Assembly (NCBI GenBank): GCA_024704765.1
Contig: JAKMXF010000354.1
Span: 729,690 to 793,689, forward strand
Source: Oopsacas minuta
Lineage: Eukaryota > Animalia > Porifera
DNA length: 64,000 nucleotides
Direction: 5' to 3'
The first letter of the stretch is position 1. Every line of letters begins with the position of its first letter. The notes under the pieces were generated by a model that was not told where the DNA came from, did not search any database, and saw only the letters and a list, made by a program, of their open reading frames with translations. Shown one piece after another: positions 1 to 10,850 of this stretch. Position numbers and translations under genes: made by a program.

Positions 1-320
1 GGCATACTTTTGAGTCCCGAAGCTTGGAATAAATGGGTCTCTTCCTTCTATTATTCTTAATCGTGGTAGTATTAGCTCAGGGGTTTTTACGTTAGAGAAA
101 AGTATGTGTCCAGTGACTTCTTCTAATTGGTTGAGGAATGAAAAGTTGGAATTCTGGAGTTCTGGAGAAGAACTATCCAAGAATATCGATAAAGTTCCAA
201 GAATCCGTCGACAACCGCAATATTCGTCATCAAAATAGGACAATGGCTGTATATTCACTAGTAGCTTACTTATGCATAGTTCTCGTACAGGACATTGTCC
301 TAATGTAAAAGTAATTAAAC
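1..320 (-). CDS. Partial exon of an EGFR/insulin-receptor-family receptor (Receptor L domain); runs off the left edge
   Basis: Not in the ORF track. The minus strand is open from acceptor TTTTTTCAG (322/321) to base 1 and reads ...LITFTLGQCPVRELC...YCGCRRILGTLSIF...NFSFLNQLEEVTGHILFSNV...LILPRLRIIEGR. This matches the L1 pattern of EGFR (CEVVLGNLEI...DLSFLKTIQEVAGYVLI...LENLQIIRG). First exon not located. Confidence 0.8.
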
Positions 321-723
321 CTGAAAAAAGCAATATTTTTACGAAGATTAACATTTTTCACGTCAATAACTTTTCACCAAATATTCTTCTTTATACTCTT
401 TGCATTTCTATCACGGCATAATAATGTAGGCATCTTTTCAATATAGGGCATACTCAATTGCTGAAACATAATACATTAACATAGGTCATACCGAGAATGC
501 TTTACTCGTCCTTACTTGTATATGATTTGGATATTATATTCCAGTTGAATATGCAATTTCTTTGAAATTGAGCTCATGTATCCTTTGTCACTAAATTAGT
601 GGAAATCTTTACAACTCATTATATTTCTCCAAATACCTCAAATCACACATATTAAATCATTTATCAATTTATAGTATTAGCTAGAATCTTTGGAATATTA
701 TTAATTAAAGTAGTCTTTCAGTT

Positions 724-1449
724 ATGGCTAATACTGTAATAAACACAGCACCAGAAATGGTGCTGTTACAAATACGTTGTCCTTCAACAGGGCAAATTAC
801 AGAAAAGAGATTTGACAACTCGATATCTGTTGGGGAATTGAAAGGGAAGTTAGAACTAATAACAGGCATGTTAGGTTCTACGATGGATCTGGGACTATAC
901 TCCAAAACTAATGCATACGTTTGTGGTTTGATTGATAACATGAAGCCTCTCTCTGCTTACAATGTAGCGGAGGATATGGTAGTTGAAGTAACCAGTAGTG
1001 ATCCTAAAAGTAAAGTCATAGATTTCAGTGATCCTAACTTTCAGCGCTACGAACTCAACGAAGACGACTACGATAAGCGACCTGGGACGGTAAGGGCTTT
1101 CCTAAAACAGAACCAGCTGGGTACATTCAGTGGTAAAGCTGCACCAAAGGCGAACGAAGATGACGGTAAGGAAGAAGCGGAAAAATTGTCACTCAAGTCA
1201 CGCTGTTTAGTTACTATGCCTAATCAATCTGGCAAAAAGGGTGTGATCATATATATCGGTAAAACTGATTTCAAAGAAGGTTATTGGGTTGGGGTTCGGT
1301 ATGATGAGCCTGTAGGGAAAAACGATGGGAGTGTAAATGGCAAAAGGTACTTTGAATGTCAAGCGAAACACGGAGGATTTGTTAAGCCTAAGTATGTAAC
1401 CATGGGGGACTATCCTGAAGACACATATTCAGATGATGATGAAATGTGA
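724..1449 (+). CDS. TBCB: Tubulin-folding cofactor B (N-terminal Ubl + CAP-Gly), single exon
   Basis: Ubl region (SISVGELKGKLELITG) and CAP-Gly motif WVGVRYDEPVGKNDGSVNGKRYFEC...HGGFVKP; acidic C-terminal tail. Confidence 0.95.
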   Translation: MANTVINTAPEMVLLQIRCPSTGQITEKRFDNSISVGELKGKLELITGMLGSTMDLGLYSKTNAYVCGLIDNMKPLSAYNVAEDMVVEVTSSDPKSKVIDFSDPNFQRYELNEDDYDKRPGTVRAFLKQNQLGTFSGKAAPKANEDDGKEEAEKLSLKSRCLVTMPNQSGKKGVIIYIGKTDFKEGYWVGVRYDEPVGKNDGSVNGKRYFECQAKHGGFVKPKYVTMGDYPEDTYSDDDEM

Positions 1450-1740
1450 TAGTCTCATCAGCCTATGCTTACCAGCAACTTTAATTTCTCCTCTCGAGAG
1501 GCTATAAAACTTGATAATAGAAGCTAGATTCATATATTCAATTGTGTACCCAATGTCTAAAGTTACACTAAATACACGTAATTAGTATAGCAATTTGTAT
1601 GCTCTTATTCTTGTATATCAGTCCAAGGTAGTGCTATTTGTTATTTGTTCAGTTTTTTTCATTTAATAATAATAATTGTTCTTAACATAATACTCAAGTA
1701 TTTATTGTTTCTAATATCTTACAACAAAATACTGTTAACA

Positions 1741-1803
1741 ACCCTTAGGGAAAATCAAAATCTGTTCGAGATAGCGTATGTTCGAGTTAACGGATGTTGA
1801 GTG
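1741..1803. mobile_element. Possible solo end of a Tigger/pogo-like DNA element
   Basis: TGTTCGAGATAGCG...TTCGAGTTAACGGATGTTGAGTG followed by TA resembles a Tigger-type TIR end. The partner TIR was not found. Confidence 0.3.
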
Positions 1804-2240
1804 TATTTACATAATTATTCACGTCCTACCCTCCATTTGATTGATTATTCATAAAACATACCAAATTAGTACTTATAAATGCTTGAAATAGAAATTTTGT
1901 CTTTTTGTGATTGTAATGTTGTCAATTCTATCAGTAAACAGACTTATCATTGTTTCACGTATTTTCTGCAATCGAATGGGTGTTGATATTTCCCTATATG
2001 GTATTGGTGTACTTGTGTTTTCCTGTTTGGGGATATAATTTCATGATTTATGCGTATTGATTAATTCATTAGTTTATGTAATGGAATACTCAAACATTGA
2101 TTTCCATTGAACACGAGGTAGACTGAACTGTAAACTTTTGATTACATGAATGTAGTTATTATCTCAGCATATACTATTCATTCATTATAATTCGGTGTAT
2201 GCATAATATGCTTAAATTTTAACACCAACCCCCTTCGTGA

Positions 2241-2462
2241 CAGAGTTGGAATCAGGTCCACTTTTCAGAACCTGACCCGACCCGACCCGAACCCGACCCG
2301 AACCCGAAGTGTAAATAAGTGTCGATATTAACTGAAATTCCTCTAAAATATATGTTTTGTTGATATTCTCTTTCAAAAAATGGAATTGAATCATTGAATT
2401 TAGAAAATTACACATAAAGTTCGAACTGATCAACTTTGAACCCGAACCCGATTCCAACTCTG
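2241..2462. mobile_element. hAT-type MITE (222 bp)
   Basis: Perfect 13-bp TIRs CAGAGTTGGAATC / GATTCCAACTCTG; 8-bp flanking direct repeats CTTCGTGA (2233-2240) and CTTCGTCA (2463-2470); subterminal ACCCGA repeats. Confidence 0.85.
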
Positions 2463-2883
2463 CTTCGTCATAATATAATTCAAAATATTATCTCGAATTA
2501 AACCAGTACTACGTTTTCTGGTCACATTATCCAATTCTTACATAACTCATAATCAAATTCCGTAATTTGAATTAAATATACAGCTCTCATAGGATTCCTA
2601 TTCACCACTGACTACGTGCCATTCTCTGATCGAGTCGGTTTCTTGTTCTTTTATGTTACCCAACTTGGTTATATTTCATTTACAATAGTATGAATATATT
2701 GATGTAATGCAGATAGCAGCTATAAATAACGTTAGCTTAGCTATACTTTATTAATATTTTGTAAATTTATGACTTCCGTTACCAAATATTTTGTTACTTT
2801 ATTATTAGCATAACATTCACGATAGTTATCTCTTTACATCCGCGAAAGGGACTTATCGCTTTTACTAATCCGTCTAAATCAGA

Positions 2884-5800
2884 ATGACAGTAATACTTGT
2901 TATCATACTGTATCTCTGTTATATATTTAACCTCGGAGTAACTCAAACGGCGGACTGTTCAGACTCTACGCATGCTTTTCTTGACACTGATATCGGAGCT
3001 AGTACCATTGATTGTGTTACAACTGGAGATTTTGATATGTATTCTGATAACAGAGTTGAATGGTTTAATGCTTTAACAATGGTTAGCCTCTCCTTATCTA
3101 ATTCCCTGTTCGTGTCTGGTATTACTACTGAAGCAGGTATTTACGAACTTGTTTGTAATTTTACTATAAATTCAACTGACCCTAACTCAGACGTCACAAC
3201 TTGTGATGTTACTGTTGCAATAAATAAGTTACCTACCCTCTCAATTACACCTCAAGCTATCTCCATAACCTATCCTAGTCCCGATACACTAGAATGTATT
3301 GCAGATAACGGTTTTGATAGCCCAATGTTATCATGGGAAGATTCATCTGGGATTCAATTGTCTAACAATTTTATCCTTAATTTCAATACTGATGAGAATT
3401 TGAAGATTGGTGATGACAAGGAGTTTGTGTGTGTCTCAATGAATTCTGCAGGAACAATTACTGTAAATATAACAATTACTATTGAACCTAACCCCCCAAC
3501 AGTCACTATTTCACCATCATCATCATTCTCTGTGAATATTGGGGGTCTTACAGAACTAACCTGCTCTGCTACTTCACCCTTGTTATCTACAGCTTATACT
3601 TACACATGGTCTATTGACGGCACCGCACTTACTAGCGGTACAAATGGTGTTTCTATAATGAATAATGTATTAACAATTTCCAACACAAGATCAATCAATG
3701 ATGGTCTCTACACCTGTATGGCTACTATTTTCAATAGTGACCCTGGAATGGATAGTACACAACTAACAGTAATGTCTCCTCCTCCTCTAGTTAGAATTGA
3801 TAGAGATCCTGCCTTAACTACTTATGTAGCGTTTAATACCTTGGTATTAACATGTGAAGTTACTCCTCAACCATTTAATGACAATCTTTCCATAGTCATA
3901 ACCTGGAGTACTACCTCAGGAGCTGTATCAGGAACAAATGGTGATACGTTAACATTTAATTCCCTCTCACTATCTGATGTAGGAGATATAAGATGTGAAG
4001 CCACAGTGGGTAATAGTGTAGCAGCATTTGATACTTATACGTTGGCTGTTGTTCCTCCTGCACCCACAGTCTTATTGATGTTCTCACCAACAAAGACTCC
4101 TGATTACGGATCTACTGTTACATTAACTTGTGATGTTACTGATAGTTCAGGTTCTACTCAAAATTTTGTATTTGAATGGTACAAAGATTCATCTCTTATT
4201 ACTTCAGAAACTAGTAAGGATCTTATCCTTTCAAGTGTTACAACAAGTGATACAGGTAACTATTCTTGTTCTGCTTCCATACAAGGTAGTAATACAACAG
4301 TTTCTGATGAAGTACTAATTGAAGTTTATATTTCCCCTCCTGTAATTACACCAGTAACTATTTCTGAGGAGCCTGTTATAGAAGGTGTTACGACAGGCAC
4401 ATTAGATTGTAATACTAGTGGTATTCCACCCCCTACAGTCACGTGGCTGGATAGGTTTGGTGGGAGTTATGATAATCCTCTTAATCTAGCTACACTCAAT
4501 AACTCGGTGAATGGTACATTCACATGCAATGCCACTAACGTAGCGTTACCTCAAGGAGTGTCAGATGATATTATAATCATTATTATACCTCCTACACCAA
4601 TTCTTGAAGTCTCTCTCGGTATACCCAACCCTGTTCTTGGTTTTCCCTTTTCTCTCTCTTGTGAAGTCACCAGTACTATTCCATTCGGTAGATCCATCGC
4701 TGATTACTCCTTCTCATGGGAAACTATTCCTCCTACAACACAGGTTGCTGATACACAAACATATTCCTTTACTGCTATGTTAGAAACTAACAATACTCAA
4801 TATATGTGTAATTCTACTGTAGCTGGAAGTGAATCAGGTGCAGCTAATAGTAGTATACTCATGCTACAGACTGTTCCGAGTATTACCAGCTTTGATATAC
4901 CAAATACTATATACATTGGAATTCCTTATTTTATTCCCTGTGAAGCAACTGGGATCCCAGTCCCAACTATAACAGTAACAAATCAACAAGGTAACGTGGG
5001 TGATCTAAACTCCTACGTACAGTCTGATAATGGTACAACTGAGATTTATACTTGTTTCGTTGAGAACATACACGGCAAAGATAATACAACTAAAACTTTT
5101 AATATAATACAACCTACGATAACTGTAGAATTCGTCTCGCTTCCATCAACCGTAGTGCAAGGATCAAAATTTATACTTAACTGTAGTGTGACTACTAATC
5201 CATCCATTTCCCTGGCTGGTACTACTTATGTATTCAAAATGAATGGAACCAAGATTGACGAGACCCCAATATACAGTGATGACAGAAGTTCAGCAGCTAT
5301 ATTTGATGTAGTCTTCCGCTCTACTATAGATTTCACTTGTACTGTATCAATACCATCAGGGGAAATAACAGCTGAAGAGACGCTGATAGTCCCTGAGTTA
5401 CCCACGGTTGATCCTCTCCTTCTTGGTGCGGTTGGTGTATCCCTTCTCGTCTTCATAATGTTATGTTCTCTGATATCCTTAGTCTTCTGTATGATCATAT
5501 GCTGTATCAGACAGAGATATAAGAAAGACAAGTCAGAGTCTGGTGGAACACCATACTTTGATCTCGAACCTTGTATTGGCAGTAATCAAACTTCATTTTC
5601 CTATCCCATTCCTGTAGCTACTTACTCAGAAACATATGAACAGCTCCTGGAAGATGGCCAACACAAGTTAAAGGAACAATACCAGCAACTGACCACCATT
5701 AAAGGCACTACTGAAGAAGCGAGAAAGAACATTAATTCAACAAAGAACAGGTATCCTGATGTTCTAGCTTATGACCATAGTAGAGTAATTATCTCTAAAA

Positions 5801-7401
5801 ACCAAGGGACTGATTACATAAATGCAAACTATATGGATGGATTCGGGAATACTTCTAACGCGTATATTGGGGCACAAGGTCCACTGGGTCCTGCCAAGAT
5901 CCAAGCCGGTCCCTCCTCCAACACTGGAGCTGCCACTCCGCCTCTTGACACAGTCAATGATTTCTGGCGCATGATTTGGGAGCAAAACATAACAACAATC
6001 GTTATGTTAACCAATCTAATTGAAAACAATAGGATCAAATGTGCATTATATTGGCCTGATGATACACAGACATACAGCAGAATCCGTGTCCGTAAAATCG
6101 AAGAGAGTCGATTTTGTGATTATGTCATTAGGAAATTCTCTATTCAGCGGATACAGGTTCGTACTGAGAGTGTGACTAGACAAGTAACACAATTCCATTT
6201 CGTTGCATGGCCGGATCACGGTGTCCCTCTATTTCCTATAGCCATGATACAATTCGTTAAATTGGTCAGGGCGTTTATCAACCAAACTGAAGACGGAACA
6301 AACGCCCCTACTCTTGTCCACTGTAGTGCTGGGGTTGGGAGAACAGGTACTTTCATTTGTTTGGATGTGATTTTGCAACAATTAGCTGCTGTCGAAAAAT
6401 CAGTTGACATATGGAAGGAGACTTCTAGGCTACGGATAAAGAGAAACTACATGATACAGGAGTATTTACAGTATGAGTTTGTGCATCAGGCCATCAATGA
6501 GCATATACAATTCGGAGACACAGAATGTTCAGCTGCAGATTTCCCAAAGATGGTCGCTCACCTACATGAAGTAACTGATGAGAATCCGTATAAAGTAGGG
6601 ATGTCGAGGTTGGAGATTGAATTCAGGAAGTTACAACTACGGGTTATACAGACACAACACAGTCACGCCAAACTCAACGAGAACGCAGGGAAAAATAGGT
6701 TCATCAATACGATGCCATTTGATAGTAATAGAGTGAAGTTGAATCCACTCCCAGGTATCGTTGGATCTGACTACATCAACGGTAGCTATATTGACTCTGA
6801 TAAAACTCACTGGGCTTTTATTGCCACTCAAGGTCCTTTAAAATCTACGATGGAAGACTTTTGTCGAATGTTAATAGAACATAACTCAAACGTAATAATA
6901 ATGTTGTCTGAAAATACAGAAGACAAGACGGAAGATTATTTCTCATTCTCCCAAACTCATTACGGGCCATTCCATATCCAAACAACGAAAAAGCATTTGC
7001 TTAACGACTATATCCATCGCGAGATGATAATTCGAGTTGACAACGAAAACATTACACACCAATTACATCATTTTCAACTAACTAAACCTCTAGCTCCTAG
7101 CTACAGTCTTAAAGACTGTGCCAAAGCACTATTAAGCCTTATAACTGGAGTAACTGTAACTCTACAGCCTGATGAAACAAAAAAAGGACCAATGGTGGTC
7201 CACTGTGGTACCGGAAATGGCATGACAGGAGTATTCATAGCAGTATATATTATCCTTCAACGCCTGGAATATGAAGACAGGGTGGATGTGTTTAATACCG
7301 TTAAACGCCTCAGGATGCAAAGAGTAGCAATGGTACAGAGTCCAGACCAGTACGATCTGTGCTACAAATCTGTTATGGAGTATCTACAGTCAAGTCCCTA
7401 A
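2884..7401 (+). CDS. Receptor-type protein tyrosine phosphatase: signal peptide, about 9 Ig-like domains, TM helix, tandem PTP domains; single exon
   Basis: Paired Cys with W/YxC Ig motifs; TM LLLGAVGVSLLVFIMLCSLISLVFCMIICC; D1 motifs KNRY, DYINA, WPDHGVP, VHCSAGVGRTG; D2 motifs KNRF, DYINGS and degenerate VHCGTGNGMTG. Confidence 0.95.
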   Translation: MTVILVIILYLCYIFNLGVTQTADCSDSTHAFLDTDIGASTIDCVTTGDFDMYSDNRVEWFNALTMVSLSLSNSLFVSGITTEAGIYELVCNFTINSTDPNSDVTTCDVTVAINKLPTLSITPQAISITYPSPDTLECIADNGFDSPMLSWEDSSGIQLSNNFILNFNTDENLKIGDDKEFVCVSMNSAGTITVNITITIEPNPPTVTISPSSSFSVNIGGLTELTCSATSPLLSTAYTYTWSIDGTALTSGTNGVSIMNNVLTISNTRSINDGLYTCMATIFNSDPGMDSTQLTVMSPPPLVRIDRDPALTTYVAFNTLVLTCEVTPQPFNDNLSIVITWSTTSGAVSGTNGDTLTFNSLSLSDVGDIRCEATVGNSVAAFDTYTLAVVPPAPTVLLMFSPTKTPDYGSTVTLTCDVTDSSGSTQNFVFEWYKDSSLITSETSKDLILSSVTTSDTGNYSCSASIQGSNTTVSDEVLIEVYISPPVITPVTISEEPVIEGVTTGTLDCNTSGIPPPTVTWLDRFGGSYDNPLNLATLNNSVNGTFTCNATNVALPQGVSDDIIIIIIPPTPILEVSLGIPNPVLGFPFSLSCEVTSTIPFGRSIADYSFSWETIPPTTQVADTQTYSFTAMLETNNTQYMCNSTVAGSESGAANSSILMLQTVPSITSFDIPNTIYIGIPYFIPCEATGIPVPTITVTNQQGNVGDLNSYVQSDNGTTEIYTCFVENIHGKDNTTKTFNIIQPTITVEFVSLPSTVVQGSKFILNCSVTTNPSISLAGTTYVFKMNGTKIDETPIYSDDRSSAAIFDVVFRSTIDFTCTVSIPSGEITAEETLIVPELPTVDPLLLGAVGVSLLVFIMLCSLISLVFCMIICCIRQRYKKDKSESGGTPYFDLEPCIGSNQTSFSYPIPVATYSETYEQLLEDGQHKLKEQYQQLTTIKGTTEEARKNINSTKNRYPDVLAYDHSRVIISKNQGTDYINANYMDGFGNTSNAYIGAQGPLGPAKIQAGPSSNTGAATPPLDTVNDFWRMIWEQNITTIVMLTNLIENNRIKCALYWPDDTQTYSRIRVRKIEESRFCDYVIRKFSIQRIQVRTESVTRQVTQFHFVAWPDHGVPLFPIAMIQFVKLVRAFINQTEDGTNAPTLVHCSAGVGRTGTFICLDVILQQLAAVEKSVDIWKETSRLRIKRNYMIQEYLQYEFVHQAINEHIQFGDTECSAADFPKMVAHLHEVTDENPYKVGMSRLEIEFRKLQLRVIQTQHSHAKLNENAGKNRFINTMPFDSNRVKLNPLPGIVGSDYINGSYIDSDKTHWAFIATQGPLKSTMEDFCRMLIEHNSNVIIMLSENTEDKTEDYFSFSQTHYGPFHIQTTKKHLLNDYIHREMIIRVDNENITHQLHHFQLTKPLAPSYSLKDCAKALLSLITGVTVTLQPDETKKGPMVVHCGTGNGMTGVFIAVYIILQRLEYEDRVDVFNTVKRLRMQRVAMVQSPDQYDLCYKSVMEYLQSSP

Positions 7402-7697
7402 GCACTAAACACATGATTGTGTATATATTTTATAGTTTCTATCATTTTTATCACAGAACAGAGTACATTATATTTGAATGAATTTTTAATGTACTAGTAT
7501 AGGAATGTGTTAGAATTATTTGTATATTAGCTTGAGTGTGTTTATTGATCTTAATTACTGTATATTTTGTTTATCTATTAAATAAGCTCTGTTTATGTGT
7601 AATTATTAAAACTCACATATATTTTTGCTCATAAATACGTATTGAAAATAAGATACTCAACCTTAGTCTGTATAAACTAGATTGATTGGGACTACTC

Positions 7698-8120
7698 ATG
7701 TCACTATTGAGTAGAATAATACAGATGTTTGAAGCTCATGTTAAAACAGGATTCAGCACTAACCTGAAGCATTTACGCATAACTGAAGCACAAACTGAAT
7801 TTGTTAAGGGTAGAATGACTGTAATGGAATCTGATTGTAATGTTAATGGTATGTTACATGGAGGTCAGATTTCAACCATTGTAGATGTTATATCTACATT
7901 TGCTATTATTCTGAGAGGGAGACCACGTGGTGTCTCTGTAGAAATGAATATCTCATTTTTGAGACCAGCCAGATTAGGAGAAGAGATTAACATACATTCT
8001 TACTCTATAAAGACCGGTAGATCTCTAGCAACAGCACTAGTAGATATCAGTAACAGTGAAGGTGAATTAATTGCTCATGGAAAACACACTAAGTATTACA
8101 CTAATCCTACAACCGAATGA
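7698..8120 (+). CDS. ACOT13: Acyl-CoA thioesterase 13-like (HotDog fold)
   Basis: GMLHGGQISTIVD and GVSVEMNISFLRPA...G+..A...VDI...G.LIAHG.HTK. First true ATG is at 7698; the ORF track begins at a TTG. Confidence 0.85.
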   Translation: MSLLSRIIQMFEAHVKTGFSTNLKHLRITEAQTEFVKGRMTVMESDCNVNGMLHGGQISTIVDVISTFAIILRGRPRGVSVEMNISFLRPARLGEEINIHSYSIKTGRSLATALVDISNSEGELIAHGKHTKYYTNPTTE

Positions 8121-8261
8121 GTATAACTATGTTTATATATATCACATCATATCATCATAGATTAAACTTCTGCTACCAATTATTATTATTAGAAATGAGA
8201 ATTATGAGAATTTATATATTGAACTAATTAGCTCAACTTGTACTTGTAGATACCAGAAATA

Positions 8262-8929
8262 ATGCAAATAGAATACTCAGATGATGACTTATCAGCTGAT
8301 ATAGCTTCTGACCCTGAAAATGAGAAAGGGTATATTATGATCTTTTCGAAGAGAAAGATCAGCTGAGTGAACAATCTGATCAAGCTGCTCTCACTCCAGA
8401 GAAGAATTTAGCTTCTGACAATAAGCAAGATGATAAAGATAAGAATAAAGCAAATGAAATCGTTAAACCTAAAAAGAAAATTAATGTACTGACATTCAAG
8501 TCAGATCGTCTGACTAGTGAGAAAGGATTATACGCGGTTGTTAACGATTTCCCGCAGATAGAATTTAGAGGTGATGGCCATGAGAAACAAGACTTGAAGT
8601 TATTAATGAAGAAATATGAGCATTGGGGTAACAGACTATTTCCCAGATTAAGATTTAGTGATTTGTTGGAGAGAATTGAAACATTTGGTTCTAAGAAAGA
8701 GATCAAAGATTGTTTAGGTCGTATTAGGAAAGGAGGTAGAGTTCCCTGGAGTAGCGGAATGGTAGAGGATTTAGATGATCCCATTATAGACATAGATAAT
8801 GTAATTGGGATTAGAAATGAATCTGTCAGGGAAATTGAACAGGAATTGATAAGTCAGGAAATTAATGAACTTGCTCAGCCAAGCAATGAGGATATTGATG
8901 AGATGTTTGAGTTAGCTGGATTTGATTAA
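8262..8929 (+). CDS. TIPIN: TIMELESS-interacting protein (Swi3 domain); 5' end has a frame discontinuity or a tiny intron
   Basis: Frame 8324-8929 reads DRLTSEKGL...FRGDGHEKQDLKLLMKKYEHWGNRLFPRLRFSDLLERIETFG (Swi3). There is no in-frame ATG upstream of this domain; the acidic N-terminus from ATG 8262 is in another frame. Confidence 0.85.
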
Positions 8930-9054
8930 CTATAATACTTTTCTCCGAGACTGCTCTTATTTTGTAAATTAATGATATAATACGAAAGTTTCTTTTGACA
9001 TAGACAAGAATTTGTGTTTTCTATAATTCTAATTTTGATATTCAAATTGCTAGC

Positions 9055-9795
9055 ATGAACTCTGTATATATACTTTTGTTACTTTTCCAACTAAGTGTAA
9101 CATGGTGTAATCTGGATTCAGATGGAGAAGAGGATGAATTTTCTAATTTCTATTCAGACGTTTATGATGATGATAACTTTGATATATTGGAACAAGCTGA
9201 CAAACTATTTGATGATGCTTTCTCTTCAAAACTAACTGATTTATCCGAGAGCCTTTCAGAAGCATTAGGACATACAAAATCAGTCACTGGAATGGTAGAT
9301 GTGATTGACCAGATGACAAAAAATTTAGTATCTTCTTCTGATGGGGAGAAGTGCGTTTTTAATTGTAAAGAAGGTCTTATAGCAATACAGAGAGATAACT
9401 TTGTTCCTGAATCAAATGGATGTGGTAGTACTCTAGGTTTAATGAGTATACAACTCAATACTACTGGTTATGAAGGAATCGAGAGATGTTGTGATAAACA
9501 TGATTTGTGTTACTCTACTTGTAATGATCCGAGGAAATTTTGTGATGACAGCTTCAGGGAATGTATGACGAAGTACTGTGAGACAGATCCTGGAATTATG
9601 CTTGGGCTTAATGAAAGATCTACTGAAGGATGTGTATCAGCAGCTGAAATGATATATCTTGGAGTTGATATGTTTGGATGTTCGAGTTATTTAGAAGCGC
9701 AGCAAGAAGCCTGTGTGTGTAGAAAAGATGTTAAGCAGAAAATTACGTTAAAGAAAGGTGGAGAGAAACCCCATGCAGCAAAAAGCGAATTATGA
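9055..9795 (+). CDS. PLA2G12: Group XII secretory phospholipase A2
   Basis: Signal peptide; NGCGS; catalytic CCDKHDLCY; Cys pattern of group XII; C-terminal KSEL. Confidence 0.9.
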   Translation: MNSVYILLLLFQLSVTWCNLDSDGEEDEFSNFYSDVYDDDNFDILEQADKLFDDAFSSKLTDLSESLSEALGHTKSVTGMVDVIDQMTKNLVSSSDGEKCVFNCKEGLIAIQRDNFVPESNGCGSTLGLMSIQLNTTGYEGIERCCDKHDLCYSTCNDPRKFCDDSFRECMTKYCETDPGIMLGLNERSTEGCVSAAEMIYLGVDMFGCSSYLEAQQEACVCRKDVKQKITLKKGGEKPHAAKSEL

Positions 9796-10283
9796 GTTTG
9801 CTCTCCTAAATGCTGCAATGTCATATAAAATGTTGGTAATTTATAAATTTGTTCATTATAGCTGTTGTTCTATTAGAGAAATTTAGCAAAATATACGTAT
9901 ATATTTGCCATGAATTGTAGAACAGCCGTAAATTGGAAATATCTCAACTTTGTAAATTACTGAATTTCTAACTTTGATGAAGCATCTTGTTATCCCGAAA
10001 AATTATATAATTACTAATTGAGATTAATTATGTGTAATCTCTATGAATGGGACATAAATTTTCCTATGAATTTGTAATCTAATATCGCATTTGTTTGAAT
10101 AATCATCAAAGGTTTTCTAAATTTTCTCAATTTTGTTGTGGATATGTTCTATTGTATAAGTATTGCATAACATGCTACCACCTGTGTTATATGTAATAGC
10201 ACATTTTTCAAGCTAGGATGCTATGACATTATAGTGATTAATTCAATATTCTTTATATCTTAAATTCTATGATATTCCATAGC

Positions 10284-10724
10284 ATGGAGGCATCTGATTT
10301 GAACACCAGTGTAACCACATCAAGTGATGGTTCTAGTGATGTCAATTCTTATTTAGAACAACATAAACTACTTCCTCTGATTGAGAATTTGACTTCTGCT
10401 GTGTTGTACGCTCAGCCTGATGATCCGAAGGAGTTCATAGCTAACTGGTTACAGGAATTAATCAATGCTAGAGCTAGTACCTCTATCAGCCCTCCATCTC
10501 TGGTGGAGGATTCTAACCTAGAGTCGCTATACAATATGCTAGACATTACACAGCGTGGAGTTATCAATGCTGAACAGTATAAGGCTGCTATGTCTAGTTT
10601 AGGAGTTAAGAGTTATAATACAACTCCTCTAGGAGCTACTACTGATAGAATATCTAAAGAGACTTTCTTAAACGAGGCACAAGCAGCTCTCACTCATGCT
10701 AACTCTACATACCAAGAGCATTAG
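10284..10724 (+). CDS. EFCAB10: EF-hand calcium-binding domain-containing protein 10-like (RIIa/Dpy30-like dimerisation domain + EF-hand)
   Basis: YLEQHKLLPLIENLTSAVLYAQPDDPKEF and NLESLYNMLDITQRGVINAEQYKAAMSSLG. Start could be 10269 or 10284. Confidence 0.8.
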   Translation: MEASDLNTSVTTSSDGSSDVNSYLEQHKLLPLIENLTSAVLYAQPDDPKEFIANWLQELINARASTSISPPSLVEDSNLESLYNMLDITQRGVINAEQYKAAMSSLGVKSYNTTPLGATTDRISKETFLNEAQAALTHANSTYQEH

Positions 10725-10850
10725 CTCTTCTAATATGAACTTGTATCACTTATCGCGTTATTATATGCTACAAATTCACATAATAATATTATAAATAGTT
10801 CTATGTAACTCAATGCATGTACTTTGTTATTGTAGATATACACTGAACTC

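Noticed and set aside
2261-2305. Short direct repeats (ACCCGA) as a CRISPR-like or telomeric array
   Set aside because: No spacers, eukaryotic context, and explained as MITE subterminal repeats.
2212-2457. 81-aa ORF with SGSG repeats
   Set aside because: It is a translation of the hAT MITE's ACCCGA repeats.
7180-7240. Degenerate catalytic motif in PTP D2
   Set aside because: An inactive D2 domain is the norm for tandem-domain RPTPs.
9781-9795. KDEL-like C-terminal KSEL on PLA2G12
   Set aside because: Group XII PLA2s are recalled to end in similar motifs, so this is not novel.
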